In this document: piece by piece, positions 39,964 through 50,775 of the stretch | Numbering within the stretch: position 1 is the stretch's first letter | Layout: each line of letters opens with the position of its first letter | Assembly (NCBI GenBank): GCA_040385775.1 | Contig: JAZKGR010000171.1 | Location: 25,072 to 89,071, forward strand | From: Pseudomonadota bacterium | Lineage (GTDB): Bacteria > Pseudomonadota > Gammaproteobacteria > Burkholderiales > Burkholderiaceae_C | DNA length: 64,000 nucleotides | Direction of reading: 5' to 3' | Program-made: the position numbers and the translations under genes | The notes under the pieces: generated by a model | What the model was told of the DNA's origin: nothing | Database searches by the model: none | What the model saw: the letters and a program-made list of their open reading frames with translations, nothing else

Positions 39964-40758
39964 TCAGCCCTTTCCGAGCGGCGGCCGCCCGAACAAGGTA
40001 GAGGCATTGCTGATCGGCCCGAGCTGCGCCGCCGCGTCCAGCAGCGCGGGTGCCAGCTCGTGCATGCGCCCGCTGTCCAGCCGCGAGCGGGGCCCGGCAA
40101 TGCTGATCACGCCTATCACTTCCTTGCGGCGCAACACAGGCGCGGCCATGGCGGCCATGCCGGGCGCAAAAACTTCGTCGATCATGGCGTAGCCGCGCAC
40201 ACGCGCCGCATGCAGAAAACCCAGCAAGGCCTTCAGGGTGGTCGGCGCCTTCGGGCCGTACGCGGCTGGCAGGCCGAATCCCTGGCGCGAGACCAGTTCC
40301 AGCGCCCGCTCGTCGCTCAGGCTCATCAGCCAGGCATGGCCCGATGCCGTGCAGGACAGGCGTGCATCCATGCCCATGTCCGGGTCGTAACGCAGCCCCG
40401 TTAGCCGCATGCCCTGCGACTTGGCGACCCAGGTCAGGCGGTCGCCATCCACGATGGACAGGCGCACCAGCTCGCCTGAGCTTTGCGCCAGGCGTTCCAG
40501 CAGCGGCTCGGCCACGTCCACAATGCCCGCGCTGCTCAGAAAACCCAGTCCCAGCGACGCCATCTTCAGGGTCAGCACATAGTCGCCCTGTTTGCGCGCC
40601 TGGCGCACGTAGCCGCGCTGCTGCAGATCCGCCAGCAGGCGGTGGCAGGCGCTGAGCGGAATGTCCAACTCTGAAGCAATCAGGGAAAGGGGCAGCCCTT
40701 CCGGGTAGCGGGTCAGGTGTTCCAGCACGGCCAGGCCGCGTTCAAGTGCGATGTTCAT
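39964..40758 (-). CDS. IclR-family transcriptional regulator
   Basis: ALERGLAVLE HTH, CTASGHAWL, RVRGYA, ISIAGP. Confidence 0.92.
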   Translation of the reverse strand: MNIALERGLAVLEHLTRYPEGLPLSLIASELDIPLSACHRLLADLQQRGYVRQARKQGDYVLTLKMASLGLGFLSSAGIVDVAEPLLERLAQSSGELVRLSIVDGDRLTWVAKSQGMRLTGLRYDPDMGMDARLSCTASGHAWLMSLSDERALELVSRQGFGLPAAYGPKAPTTLKALLGFLHAARVRGYAMIDEVFAPGMAAMAAPVLRRKEVIGVISIAGPRSRLDSGRMHELAPALLDAAAQLGPISNASTLFGRPPLGKG

Positions 40759-40898
40759 TTTGTATGATGGAATGTGTTTCCAGTTTAGAAACATTTTCCC
40801 ATCCGGCCCGCAGAATTGCCAGCAATAAACGACAACCTGCCGAGCGCACCCCGGAGACAAGCCTTGATTTGCCATTCCACTGACCTGGTTCCCGCCGC

Positions 40899-41342
40899 AT
40901 GAGCCGCACCTTCTACGTTCTCAACGGCCCCAACCTGAACCTGCTGGGTGTGCGTGAGCCGCAGCTGTACGGCAGCACCACGCTGGCAGAGGTAGAGCAA
41001 CTGTGCCGGCGCGTCGCGCAGGACCTGGGCTACGCCTGCGAGTTCCGCCAGACGAATCATGAAGGTGTGATGGTTGATTGGGTACAGGAAGCGCGCGAGA
41101 AAGCCGCTGCCCTCGTCATCAACCCGGCCGGCCTGTCGTTTCGCTCCATCCCGCTGCTGGATGCGCTCAAGACACTGGACCAGCCGATCGCTGAAGTCCA
41201 CATCACCAACATCCACAGGCGCGATGCGCTGTACCAGCACTCGCTGGTGTCGCTGGCCGCGACCGGCGTCATCTGCGGCTTCGGCCCTTTCGGCTACGAG
41301 ATGGCCTTGCGGGCGCTGGCGCAGCGCCTGCCCCCCGGGTAA
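40899..41342 (+). CDS. aroQ: Type II 3-dehydroquinate dehydratase
   Basis: LNGPNLNLLGVREPQLYG, QTNHEG, INPAG, EVHITN. Confidence 0.94.
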   Translation: MSRTFYVLNGPNLNLLGVREPQLYGSTTLAEVEQLCRRVAQDLGYACEFRQTNHEGVMVDWVQEAREKAAALVINPAGLSFRSIPLLDALKTLDQPIAEVHITNIHRRDALYQHSLVSLAATGVICGFGPFGYEMALRALAQRLPPG

Positions 41343-41409
41343 AACCCCAGTGCCCCATGCTCGATTTCCGCGTTATTTCGTTTCAGCCAACACATCAAAG
41401 GAGACAGTC

Positions 41410-42399
41410 ATGAACCATTCCATCCAACGTCGATCGCTTCTTGGCACCGGTGCCGCCCTGGCCGCGGCAGCCGCCCTGCCCACTTGGGCCCAGGCCCCGG
41501 CCACCATCCGTTTTGCTGCCGTGTTCTCCGACAAGGACATCCGCGCAGAAATGATGAACCAGTTCGCCAAGGAGGTTGCCGCCGACTTCAAGGTCGAGAT
41601 GCACCTGAACTCCACACTGTTCCGCCAGGGCACAGAGCTGGTGGCGCTGCAGCGCGACAACCTCGAGATGGGCAACATTTCGCCGCAGGACATTTCCAAG
41701 CAGGTGCCGGCCTGGTCACTGCTGACCTCGGCTTACCTGTTCCGCGACGCTAACCACCTCAACAGCTTCTTCGCCAGCGAGCAGGGCGCGCAGATGAAAA
41801 AACTGGTGGAAGACCAGCTCAAGGTCAAGATCCTTGGCCCCACTTTCTTCGGAACGCGTCACGTGGGCCTCAAGGGCAAGAAGAAGATCAACACCCCCGC
41901 TGACCTGGCCGGCGTGAAGCTGCGCATGCCCCCCGGTGACGCCTGGCAATTGCTGGGTCGCTCCCTGGGCGCCAACCCGACGCCCATGGCCTATGCCGAA
42001 ACCTACACCGGCCTGCAAAGCGGCGCCATCGACGGCCAGGACAACCCGCTGCCCAACGTGCAGAACATGAAGTTCAACGAGGTGATGGGCCAGTTGGTGC
42101 TGACATCGCACCTGGTCGGCTTTGACCTGCTGACGGTCAACATGAAGACCTGGAACAGCCTGTCGCCCGCCAAGCAGCGTGCCTTCCAGGCCGCCGCCGA
42201 CAAGGCCATCGCCTGGAGCACGGCCGAGCACCAGAAGCGCGAGGCCGAACTGGCGGACAACTTCCGCAAGGGCGGGCTCGACGTTTACGTGCCCAACATC
42301 AATGCCTTCCGTGACTACGCGCAAAAGGTGTACCTGGCGTCCGACGAGGCCAAGACCTGGCCGGCCGGCATGCTGGCGCAAATCAACGCGATGAAGTAG
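41410..42399 (+). CDS. dctP: TRAP transporter substrate-binding protein
   Basis: Tat-like RRSLL leader; DLAGVKLRM, LQSGAIDGQDNP. Confidence 0.9.
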   Translation: MNHSIQRRSLLGTGAALAAAAALPTWAQAPATIRFAAVFSDKDIRAEMMNQFAKEVAADFKVEMHLNSTLFRQGTELVALQRDNLEMGNISPQDISKQVPAWSLLTSAYLFRDANHLNSFFASEQGAQMKKLVEDQLKVKILGPTFFGTRHVGLKGKKKINTPADLAGVKLRMPPGDAWQLLGRSLGANPTPMAYAETYTGLQSGAIDGQDNPLPNVQNMKFNEVMGQLVLTSHLVGFDLLTVNMKTWNSLSPAKQRAFQAAADKAIAWSTAEHQKREAELADNFRKGGLDVYVPNINAFRDYAQKVYLASDEAKTWPAGMLAQINAMK

Positions 42400-42531
42400 G
42401 CCCGGGCCGGGCGGCCGCTGGTCGTTTTCCCTGAGGGGGCGCCATCAGCGATCCGGCACAGCGGGTCGCGGTGGCGCTGAATTAATATGCGCTTGCAGGA
42501 CGCGCCAAGGGGCGCGTCAGTGAAAGGGACG

Positions 42532-43029
42532 ATGATCGATCACATTCTCAAACCGCTGCACCGCTTCGCCGAAGCGGTGGCGGCCGGCCTGCTCGCGATT
42601 ATTTTTGTTGCCTTCCTGGTGCAGATCGTGATGCGTTATGTGTTCAACGCGCCGGTCGGCTGGACCACCGAGCTGTCGCTCGCGGCCTGGCTGTGGCTGG
42701 TGTTGTGGGGCGCGGCCTTTGTGCTGAAGGACGACGAGGAGATCCGTATCGACCTGCTCACGGCGCGCGCCGGCCCCCGCACGCGCCGGGTGGTCGGCGC
42801 CCTCGTCGCGCTGGCCATCATCGTGCTGTTTGGCATGTCGCTGCCCGGCGCCTGGAGTTATGTGACCTTCATGAAGGTCGAGAAGAGTTCCTACCTGGGT
42901 GTCCGCATGGACATCACCTATTCCATCTACATTGTTTTTGTTGTGGCGGTCATCCTGCGCGCGTTGCGCCAGCTGGTGCGCGGGCCTGACAAGCTCAGCG
43001 ACACGCCGTCGTCCGCGTCCGCCCTATGA
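42532..43029 (+). CDS. dctQ: TRAP transporter small permease
   Basis: QIVMRYVFN, WTTEL, IRID; four TM. Confidence 0.88.
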   Translation: MIDHILKPLHRFAEAVAAGLLAIIFVAFLVQIVMRYVFNAPVGWTTELSLAAWLWLVLWGAAFVLKDDEEIRIDLLTARAGPRTRRVVGALVALAIIVLFGMSLPGAWSYVTFMKVEKSSYLGVRMDITYSIYIVFVVAVILRALRQLVRGPDKLSDTPSSASAL

Positions 43030-44327
43030 ATTTCACGAGTCCGTTTTCGCTGGCGTTGGTCGCCATCGTCGCCTTGAGCCTGCTCGGCGCACCCATCGGC
43101 CTGGCCATGATCGCCGGCTCCGTTCTCTACCTGTACATGAAGGGCATGGACGTAGGCTCCGCTGCCGAGCAACTGCTCAATGGCACCTACTCCAGTTTCC
43201 TGCTGCTGGCGGTCCCGCTGTTCATCCTGGCCGCCACCTTCATGAGCACCGGCAGCGTGATGGACCGGCTGCTGCGTTTTTGCAATGCCATCGTCGGCCG
43301 CTTCCCCGGCGGACTGGCGCAGGTGAACGTACTGCAGAGCGTGGTGTTTGCCAGCATGTCGGGTTCGGCGCTGGCCGACGCTGCCGGCTCCGGCAAGATC
43401 ATGCAGGCCATGATGACGCGCGGAGGCAAATACACGCCGCCCTTTGCTGCGGCACTGAGCGCCGTGTCGTCGGTGATCGGGCCCATTCTTCCGCCTTCGA
43501 TACCGATGGTGCTGTACGCGCTGGTGTCGGGCACGTCCATCGGATACCTGTTCATAGGCGGAGTGCTCCCGGGCCTGCTTCTGGGTGCGGTGCAGATGGT
43601 GCTGATCTACTTCCAGGCGAAGCGGCGCGGCTTCCCTGTGGAGGACAGGGTGCCGCTGCGCGATATGCCACGCATCACCAAAGAGGCCTTTCCCGCCCTG
43701 ATGCTTCCGGTGATCCTGCTCGGTTGCCTGTACAGCGGCATCACCACGCCCACCGAAGCGGCGGGTGTGGCGGCCGCCTATGCGCTGCTGATCTCTGCGG
43801 GGCTTTACCGCAGCCTGGGCTGGGGCGACATTTACGATTCGCTGCTGTCCAGCGCGAAGATGAGCATCTCCATCGGCATGCTGATCGCCGGCGCGCTGGT
43901 CTTCAACTACGTCATCACCTCGGAGAACATTCCCGCGCACCTGAGCGGTTTGCTCAAGGGCATGGAAATGACGCCCATGGTCTTCCTGCTGCTGGTCAAC
44001 GCCATCCTGCTGGTGCTGGGCGCATTTCTGGAAGGCTCGACCATCATCCTGATCATCCTGCCGGTGCTGCTGCCCACCGCGGTGGCGCTGGGCATTGACC
44101 CGGTGCACTTTGGCGTGATGGCGATCCTGAACATCATGATCGGCCTGGTGACGCCGCCCTACGGCCTGTTGCTGTTCATGATGATGAAGATCGCCAACGT
44201 CTCCTTCTCGGCACTGATGGCGGAGGTCTGGCCCTACCTGCTCGTCATGCTGGGTGCGCTGGGGCTGGTGACGTTCTGGCCGGGCATGGTGCTGTGGCTG
44301 CCGCGGCTTGCGGGCTACACCGGATGA
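43026..44327 (+). CDS. dctM: TRAP transporter large permease
   Basis: LAVPLFIL, SGSALAD, PPSIP, TPTEA, TPPYG. Confidence 0.93.
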   Translation: MNFTSPFSLALVAIVALSLLGAPIGLAMIAGSVLYLYMKGMDVGSAAEQLLNGTYSSFLLLAVPLFILAATFMSTGSVMDRLLRFCNAIVGRFPGGLAQVNVLQSVVFASMSGSALADAAGSGKIMQAMMTRGGKYTPPFAAALSAVSSVIGPILPPSIPMVLYALVSGTSIGYLFIGGVLPGLLLGAVQMVLIYFQAKRRGFPVEDRVPLRDMPRITKEAFPALMLPVILLGCLYSGITTPTEAAGVAAAYALLISAGLYRSLGWGDIYDSLLSSAKMSISIGMLIAGALVFNYVITSENIPAHLSGLLKGMEMTPMVFLLLVNAILLVLGAFLEGSTIILIILPVLLPTAVALGIDPVHFGVMAILNIMIGLVTPPYGLLLFMMMKIANVSFSALMAEVWPYLLVMLGALGLVTFWPGMVLWLPRLAGYTG

Positions 44328-45190
44328 CGCCTGCTGCAGGCAAGCTGCTGGTGGGTCTGATCGGCGCCGGCATCCAGCGCTCGCTGACGCCCGCGATGCA
44401 GGAAGAAGAAGCGCGCCATCACGGTCTGCGCCTGCATTACCAGCTGATCGACCTCGACAGGACCGCAGGCGCGGTGCAGCAACTGCCGGCCCTGCTGGCT
44501 TCGGCGCGCATCATGGGTTTTGCGGGGCTGAACATCACCTATCCCTGCAAGCAGGCGGTGCTGCCGCTGCTGGACGCCCTGTCGCCCGAGGCCGAAGCCA
44601 TGGGCGCCGTGAACACCGTAGTCATCCGGGACGACCAAATGGTGGGCCACAACACCGACGGCTCGGGTTGGGCCTGGGGCCTGCGCCGATCGCTTCCGGA
44701 TGCCGACCTGGCCTGCGTGGTGCTGCTGGGCGCGGGAGGTGCCGGCTCGGCGATAGCGGACGCGGTGCTGCGCCTGGGCGCCGGGCAACTGCGTGTGGTG
44801 GATACCGACCTGGCGCGTGCGGGTGAACTTGCCACTTCATTGAACCAGCGTTTCAGCGGCCGCGTGAGCGCGCACGGCGATGTCGCGCAGACCCTGACAG
44901 GCGCAAGCGGCCTGATCCACGCCACGCCCACTGGCATGGACAAGCTGCCAGGCCTGCCCATGGCAGCCGCGCTGCTGCGGCCTTCACTCTGGGTGTCCGA
45001 GATCGTCTACTTCCCGCTCAATACCGGCTTGCTGCAGGCGGCGCGGGCTGCGGGTTGCCGCACCATGGACGGCGGTGCGATGGCCGTCGGGCAGGCGGTA
45101 GGTGCGTTCGAGTTGTTTACCGGCCTGCAAGCCGATGCGGAGCGCATGGGCCGCCATTTCCGGCAGCTGCTGACTGCGCAGGCACAGTAG
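44324..45190 (+). CDS. aroE: Shikimate/quinate dehydrogenase
   Basis: SLTPAM, GLNITYPCK, AVNT, NTD, GAGGAG. Confidence 0.88.
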   Translation: MTPAAGKLLVGLIGAGIQRSLTPAMQEEEARHHGLRLHYQLIDLDRTAGAVQQLPALLASARIMGFAGLNITYPCKQAVLPLLDALSPEAEAMGAVNTVVIRDDQMVGHNTDGSGWAWGLRRSLPDADLACVVLLGAGGAGSAIADAVLRLGAGQLRVVDTDLARAGELATSLNQRFSGRVSAHGDVAQTLTGASGLIHATPTGMDKLPGLPMAAALLRPSLWVSEIVYFPLNTGLLQAARAAGCRTMDGGAMAVGQAVGAFELFTGLQADAERMGRHFRQLLTAQAQ

Positions 45191-45201
45191 GCCGCAAAAC
45201 T

Positions 45202-45263
45202 GCTATTAAAACGGTAGCTGCTCAGGTTTGCCGGATAAGGGCTGGAGACCTTTTTTTCTTATA
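45202..45263 (+). repeat. Dispersed 17+20 motif copy 9 (intergenic)
   Basis: GCTATTAAAACGGTAGC-N20-GGGCTGGAGACCTTTTTTTCTTATA. Confidence 0.85.
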
Positions 45264-45283
45264 GACGACGGCCGTATCCCGGC

Positions 45284-45760
45284 TCAGTGGTGGTGCCCAT
45301 GCTCGCCATGCACATGGCGGTGCGCGATTTCTTCGGCGCTCGCAGCGCGCACATCGGTCACCGCCAGCGTGAAGCGCAGCGCCTTGCCGGCCAGCGGGTG
45401 GTTGCCGTCGAGCAGCACCGTGTCGCCCTTGATCTTCATCACGGTGAACACAATGGTCTTGCCGTCCTCGCCGCGGCCTTCCAGCTGGCCGCCGACCTTG
45501 ACGCCGGGCGGAAACTGCTTTTTCGGGATGGTCTGGACCAGGCTTTCGTCGCGCAGGCCGAAGGCGTCCTCGGGCTGCAATTCCAGCGTGGTCTGGTAGC
45601 CCGTCGTTTTGCCGTCCAGCGCTTCTTCGATCTTGGGCAGCGTGTTGCCGTAGCCGCCATGCAGGTAGACCATGGGCGCCTTGCTGTCCTCGATGAGCTT
45701 GCCGTCCAGGTCGGCGACTTTGAAGCGAAGGCTGACGGCGGTGTCTTTGGCGATGTTCAT
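45284..45760 (-). CDS. slyD: FKBP-type peptidyl-prolyl isomerase SlyD
   Basis: YLHGG, LDGNHPLAGKAL, His-rich tail HVHGEHGHHH. Confidence 0.93.
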   Translation of the reverse strand: MNIAKDTAVSLRFKVADLDGKLIEDSKAPMVYLHGGYGNTLPKIEEALDGKTTGYQTTLELQPEDAFGLRDESLVQTIPKKQFPPGVKVGGQLEGRGEDGKTIVFTVMKIKGDTVLLDGNHPLAGKALRFTLAVTDVRAASAEEIAHRHVHGEHGHHH

Positions 45761-45889
45761 GGGCTGTTAAGAATGAGTGTGTGGGATGGAGTACGCCATT
45801 TTCGCCCAAAGACGGGAAGCCCGCCTACGGCATGGTCGGGCGACAAATCGTATGCTGATCGGGTTTTCAACCCCACGGCGTGCCGCACC

Positions 45890-48016
45890 ATGAACCCTCC
45901 TGTTTGCCATCGGTCCATCCTGGCCGCTGCCTTTGCGCTGGTTTGTGTTTCGGGAGCTTCCGTGGCCCAGACCCTGGCGCCCATTACCGTGACGGCCACA
46001 CGCACCGAAGTGCCGCCTTTCGAGGTCCCGGCTTCCGTCGATGTGCTGGACGGCGAGCGCATCCGTGGCGATGGCCGGGCGCAGGTCAATCTGTCGGAGA
46101 GCCTGGCGCTGGTGCCCGGCCTGCTGGCGCGGGACCGGCTGAACCAGGCGCAGGACATGCAGTTGTCGGTGCGCGGCTTCGGTGCGCGTTCGACCTTTGG
46201 TGTGCGCGGCGTGCGCCTGTATGTGGACGGCATCCCTGCGACCATGCCGGATGGCCAGGGCCAGCTTTCGCACATCGACCTGGCGTCGGTCGGCCGGCTG
46301 GAAATCCTGCGCGGCCCGTTTTCAGTGCTGTACGGCAATTCGTCGGGCGGTGTCATGCAGGTCTTCACCGAAGAAGGGCAGGGCAGCCCGGTCCTGAGCA
46401 GCAGTGTGGCCACCGGCTCCTACGGCCTGCGGCGTGCCGACATCAAGGCCAGTGGCTCGGCGGGATCGCTCGGCTATGTGCTCAGCGCCGGGCGTTTGAG
46501 CACGGATGGCTTTCGCGAACACAGCGCGGCAGAGCGCGAGGCCGCCAATGTGCGGCTGGACTGGGCCTTGGGCGATGACCGCAAGCTGACCTTGCTGGCC
46601 AATACGCTGGCTATGCAGGCCGATGATCCGCTGGGCCTGAGCCGCGCGCAGTTTGACGCCGCGCCGCGCCGCGCCGATCCGGCGGCGGCCACCTTCAACA
46701 CCCGAAAGACCGTGCGCCAGAGCCAGATCGGTGCGGTATACGAGCAGCGTGTGGACGGCGACAACCAGTGGCGCCTGATGGTTTATGGCGGTGAGCGGGC
46801 CACCACGCAATTTCAGGCGATTCCGACCGGCGTGCAGGCCAATCCGCTGCATCCCGGCGGCGTGATCGGGCTGGCGCGCAACTACGGCGGTCTCGATGCG
46901 CGCTGGACCAGGCGCACGCTATTGGCACAACGCCCGCTGGAGATTGTTGGCGGGCTGGCCTATGACACCATGAATGAAACGCGGCGCGGCTGGCAGAATT
47001 TTCAGGGCGCCACACTGGGCGTGTTGGGTGCCCTGCGGCGCGAGGAAGACAACCGCGTCACCAGCCTCGACCCTTATGTGCAGGCGACCTGGAAGCCGGA
47101 TGCGCGCTGGACCGTCAACGCCGGCGTACGCCACAGTGTTGTGCGTTTCAGCTCCGCCGACAACTACATCGTCGGGACCAACGGCAATGACAGCGGCAGC
47201 GTGCGCTACAGCGCCACCTTGCCGGCGGCGGGTGTGACCTATGCCCCGTCAGAGCAGTGGCGGGTGTATGCGGCGGCCGGGCGCGGTTTCGAAACCCCGA
47301 CCTTCAATGAACTGGCCTATCGCGCCGTCGGCACCGGGCTCAATTTTTCCCTGCGCCCTTCGCGCAGTGACAATTTCGAGACCGGCGTCAAATGGCGCAC
47401 CCTTCCCGGTGCCGCCACGCCCATGGAGGCGACAGCCGCGATTTTTCACACGGCGACACAAGACGAAATCGTCACGCAGTCCAATGTCGGTGGCCGCAGC
47501 ACCTTCCAGAACGCAGGCGCCACGCGCCGCCGCGGGCTGGAACTGGCGACCAGCATCACGCCCGGGCGCCACTGGCTGGCGCAGCTGTCTTACACGCTGC
47601 TCGATGCCCGCTACCGCGATGCTTTTGTCTGCCCGGTCAATGCCAACCTCTGTCCGGCCGGCCAGGTCCCGGCGGGCAACCGCATTCCGGGCACTGCGCG
47701 CAACGCGCTGGCCGCCGAGATCGGCTGGCGCCCGCCGACCGGCTGGCGTGCGGGTGCCGATGCGCGTTATCTCGGCAGCGTCGCCGTCAACGATGTCAAC
47801 ACCGATGCGGCCGCCTCTTTTGTCACCCTGGGCGCGCATGTGGGTTATGTGCTGGCGCTGGATCGCTGGCACATCGCTGCAACAGCGCGTGTCGACAACC
47901 TGACTGACCGCAAATACGCCGGCTCGGTCATCGTCAACGAGGGCAATGGGCGCTACTTTGAACCGGCGGCCGGCCGCAACTACGTGCTCTCGCTGGCGGC
48001 CAGCTACCGCTTTTAG
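45890..48016 (+). CDS. TonB-dependent receptor (YncD/PqqU-like)
   Basis: ITVTATR TonB box, [13 protein letters not shown] plug, C-terminal YRF. Confidence 0.9.
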   Translation: MNPPVCHRSILAAAFALVCVSGASVAQTLAPITVTATRTEVPPFEVPASVDVLDGERIRGDGRAQVNLSESLALVPGLLARDRLNQAQDMQLSVRGFGARSTFGVRGVRLYVDGIPATMPDGQGQLSHIDLASVGRLEILRGPFSVLYGNSSGGVMQVFTEEGQGSPVLSSSVATGSYGLRRADIKASGSAGSLGYVLSAGRLSTDGFREHSAAEREAANVRLDWALGDDRKLTLLANTLAMQADDPLGLSRAQFDAAPRRADPAAATFNTRKTVRQSQIGAVYEQRVDGDNQWRLMVYGGERATTQFQAIPTGVQANPLHPGGVIGLARNYGGLDARWTRRTLLAQRPLEIVGGLAYDTMNETRRGWQNFQGATLGVLGALRREEDNRVTSLDPYVQATWKPDARWTVNAGVRHSVVRFSSADNYIVGTNGNDSGSVRYSATLPAAGVTYAPSEQWRVYAAAGRGFETPTFNELAYRAVGTGLNFSLRPSRSDNFETGVKWRTLPGAATPMEATAAIFHTATQDEIVTQSNVGGRSTFQNAGATRRRGLELATSITPGRHWLAQLSYTLLDARYRDAFVCPVNANLCPAGQVPAGNRIPGTARNALAAEIGWRPPTGWRAGADARYLGSVAVNDVNTDAAASFVTLGAHVGYVLALDRWHIAATARVDNLTDRKYAGSVIVNEGNGRYFEPAAGRNYVLSLAASYRF

Positions 48017-48066
48017 GCGCGGCGCCGGGCACAATAGCCGCTTTGCCGCTGCCTGATTTTTCTTCC

Positions 48067-48789
48067 ATGCACACCACCGCCCTTGTTCTGTTTTCAGGAG
48101 GCCAGGACTCCACCACCTGCCTGGCCCAGGCGCTGTCGAAATACGAGCGCGTGGAGACCGTGGGTTTTGACTACGGCCAGCGCCACAGCGTGGAGCTTCA
48201 GGCGCGGCTGGTGGTGCTGCAGCAGATCCGTGCCCGGTTTCCGCAGTGGGCCACCCGTCTCGGTGATGACCATGTGCTGGACCTGGCGGTGCTGGGCCAG
48301 GTCAGCGAGACCTCGCTGACGCGCGACACGGCGTTCAAGATGGAAAGCTCCGGCCTGCCCAACACCTTTGTGCCGGGGCGCAACCTGCTTTTCCTGACGC
48401 TGGCCGCGGCGCTGGCCTACCGCCGCGATCTGCAGGTGCTGGTGACCGGCGTCTGCGAGACTGATTTTTCCGGCTACCCGGATTGCCGCGACGACACCAT
48501 GAAGGCCATGCAGCTGGCCTTGTCGCTGGGCATGGACAAACGTTTCCTGATCGATACCCCGCTGATGTGGATAGACAAGGCCGCCACCTGGGCCCTGGCC
48601 GAAACGCTGGGCGGCCGGGCGTTGGTGGACTTGATCATCGAGCACACCCACACCTGCTACCTTGGCGACCGCGAGCACCGCCAGGACTGGGGTTATGGCT
48701 GTGGCACGTGCCCCGCGTGCGAGTTGCGCGCACGCGGCTACGCGGCTTACGCCGCCGGGTTGCCCACAACCTCTCTCCGTTCGCCCTGA
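48067..48789 (+). CDS. queC: 7-cyano-7-deazaguanine synthase
   Basis: [29 protein letters not shown]. Confidence 0.96.
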   Translation: MHTTALVLFSGGQDSTTCLAQALSKYERVETVGFDYGQRHSVELQARLVVLQQIRARFPQWATRLGDDHVLDLAVLGQVSETSLTRDTAFKMESSGLPNTFVPGRNLLFLTLAAALAYRRDLQVLVTGVCETDFSGYPDCRDDTMKAMQLALSLGMDKRFLIDTPLMWIDKAATWALAETLGGRALVDLIIEHTHTCYLGDREHRQDWGYGCGTCPACELRARGYAAYAAGLPTTSLRSP

Positions 48790-48849
48790 GCTTGTCGAAG
48801 GGCTCTTCGTCAAGATCAGTGCAGGCTTCGACAAGCTCAGCCCGAACGG
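48777..48849. repeat. REP-like palindromic element, family II (overlaps queC stop)
   Basis: CCGTTCGCCCTGAGCTTGTCGAAG ... CTTCGACAAGCTCAGCCCGAACGG inverted repeat. Confidence 0.8.
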
Positions 48850-48868
48850 TCAAATATCGGCGCGCTGA

Positions 48869-50680
48869 TCAGCTCCGGGTCTCGCGCAACTCATAAAGCG
48901 CCGGCGAGCCTTCGGGCAATTTCCCCAGTTCCCATTGTTTGTCGTGGAAAGCCGCGACCGCCGGCCGGTGCGCGATGGACACCATCGCACCGCCCGCCTG
49001 CCTGACCTGTGCCACCAGGCGTTCGTACAGGGTTTTTTCAGCGGCCTCGTCGAGCGCGCTGGTGGCCTCGTCGGCAAACACCCAGGACGGCTTTTTCAGC
49101 AGCACGCGCGCAATCGCCAGGCGCTGCTGTTCGCCGCCCGACAATTTTTGGCTCCAGGCGTCCTCGTCATCGAGCCGATCGCTCAGTTGCGGCAGTAGCG
49201 CCTCATGCAATGCCTGGCGCAAGGCCTCGTCGCTGTAGCTGTCGGCCGGCTGCGGGTAGGCCAACGCGTCGCGCAGGCTGCCGTTTGGAAAATAAGGCCG
49301 CTGAGGAATGAACATGCTGTTGGCCGGCAGCGCGGTGCGGCCGCGGCTGAAGGGCCAGATGCCCGCCAGCGCGCGGAACAAGGTGGATTTGCCGCTGCCC
49401 GAGGGGCCCTTGATCAGCACGGTGTCGCCGGCTTCGGCGTGCAGCGACAGACCGGCCAGCAGCACGCTGCCGGTCGGCAGGGCCACCGTCAGGTCCTGGG
49501 TGTCCAGCGCCCCGGACGACGCATTGACTGCTACTGAATTGATAGCTGCTTGTGCTTGCTGGCTATGGGCCAGCGCCCTGAAACTGTCCTCAAAACTGGT
49601 CAGGCGGTCGGTGGTGGCGCGCCAGGCCGCCAGGCTGCTGTAGTTGTCGACAAACCAGCTCAGAGAGTCCTGCACCCGGCCAAAGGCCGAGGCGATCTGC
49701 ATCAGTTGCCCAAGCTGGATGGCGCCGCTGAAAAAACGCGGCGCCGCCACGATGAAGGGAAACACCACCGCCGCCTGGCCGAAGAAGTTGGTGAACCAGA
49801 TCAGGTTTTTCTGCTTCTTGATCAGGGTCAGGTAGTTGGCCAGCACCGTCGAAAAGCGGCTGTCCAGTTGCACCCGCTCGACGGATTCACCCTTGTCCAG
49901 CGCAATCGACTCGCTGTATTCGCGCACCCGGACCAGGTGGTGGCGGAAGTCGGCTTCGTAACGCTGCTGCAGGAAGTTCAGCCGGATCTGCGGCCGGCCG
50001 ATGTAATGCGTGATGATGCTGCCGACCGTGCAGTAGAGAACCGCCATCCAGACCATGAAGCCCGGGATATTGAAGCTGTTGCCGCCCAGCGTGAAGGCAA
50101 ACGGCCCGGACAGGCTCCACAAAATGCCGACAAAACTCAGCAGCGTCACCACGGCGTTGAGCAGGCCCATGCTCAGCGAGATGGTGTAGGTGGTGAACAG
50201 GTTCAGGTCTTCCTGGATGCGCTGGTCGGGGTTGTCGGGTGTGGCCGGCTGCGCGCCTGAAGCTGCATAGCGGGCAAGCTCCATTTGGTAGAAGGCCTTG
50301 TTGGCCAGCCAGCGCTGCAGGTAGTGCCCGGTCATCCAGGCGCGCCAGCGAATCTCCAGCAACTGCGTCAGGTAGAAGCGGTAGACCGCAATGATGATGA
50401 AGGCGAAAGCCAGGTAGGTGAAGCGGCCCAGCTGCTCCCAGAACACCGGCTGGTTTTTTTCCTGCACTGCATCGTAGAAGACCCGGTTCCACTCGTTGAG
50501 CAAGACCAGCATGTAGACCGCCGCCAGATTCAGCAGCACGATCGCCAGCAGCAGTCCGCGCGCCTTCCACTTTTCCTCGGACTGGAAGTAGGGCCGCGTC
50601 AGCGCCCAGGTTTTGCGGCAGAAGTCCTGAAAGGCGGCGAATTTGCCGGACACGGTGGCGGCCGGAGGTGTCGTGACCAT
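48869..50680 (-). CDS. Fused ABC permease/ATPase (YddA / Rv1819c-like)
   Basis: DNPDQRI, YEADFR, GPSGSGKS, LSGGEQQR, DEATSALD. Confidence 0.92.
   Translation of the reverse strand: MVTTPPAATVSGKFAAFQDFCRKTWALTRPYFQSEEKWKARGLLLAIVLLNLAAVYMLVLLNEWNRVFYDAVQEKNQPVFWEQLGRFTYLAFAFIIIAVYRFYLTQLLEIRWRAWMTGHYLQRWLANKAFYQMELARYAASGAQPATPDNPDQRIQEDLNLFTTYTISLSMGLLNAVVTLLSFVGILWSLSGPFAFTLGGNSFNIPGFMVWMAVLYCTVGSIITHYIGRPQIRLNFLQQRYEADFRHHLVRVREYSESIALDKGESVERVQLDSRFSTVLANYLTLIKKQKNLIWFTNFFGQAAVVFPFIVAAPRFFSGAIQLGQLMQIASAFGRVQDSLSWFVDNYSSLAAWRATTDRLTSFEDSFRALAHSQQAQAAINSVAVNASSGALDTQDLTVALPTGSVLLAGLSLHAEAGDTVLIKGPSGSGKSTLFRALAGIWPFSRGRTALPANSMFIPQRPYFPNGSLRDALAYPQPADSYSDEALRQALHEALLPQLSDRLDDEDAWSQKLSGGEQQRLAIARVLLKKPSWVFADEATSALDEAAEKTLYERLVAQVRQAGGAMVSIAHRPAVAAFHDKQWELGKLPEGSPALYELRETRS
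49530..49594 (+). repeat. Dispersed 17+20 motif copy 10 (inside ABC gene linker)
   Basis: GCTACTGAATTGATAGC-N20-GGGCCAGCGCCCTGAAAC. Confidence 0.8.
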
Positions 50681-50775
50681 GGGTGCTGTCCTTCTTGAGC
50701 GGGAATGATTGTCAGTGTAGTGCTGCTGTCGCGCGGGCGATGGGCTGTCTGAGGCGGCAGCGCTAGGATGGTTCC

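Noticed and set aside
45287-45889. N-terminal extension of the 909-aa TonB receptor ORF
   Set aside because: It overlaps slyD antisense; the signal peptide and TonB box indicate a start at 45890.
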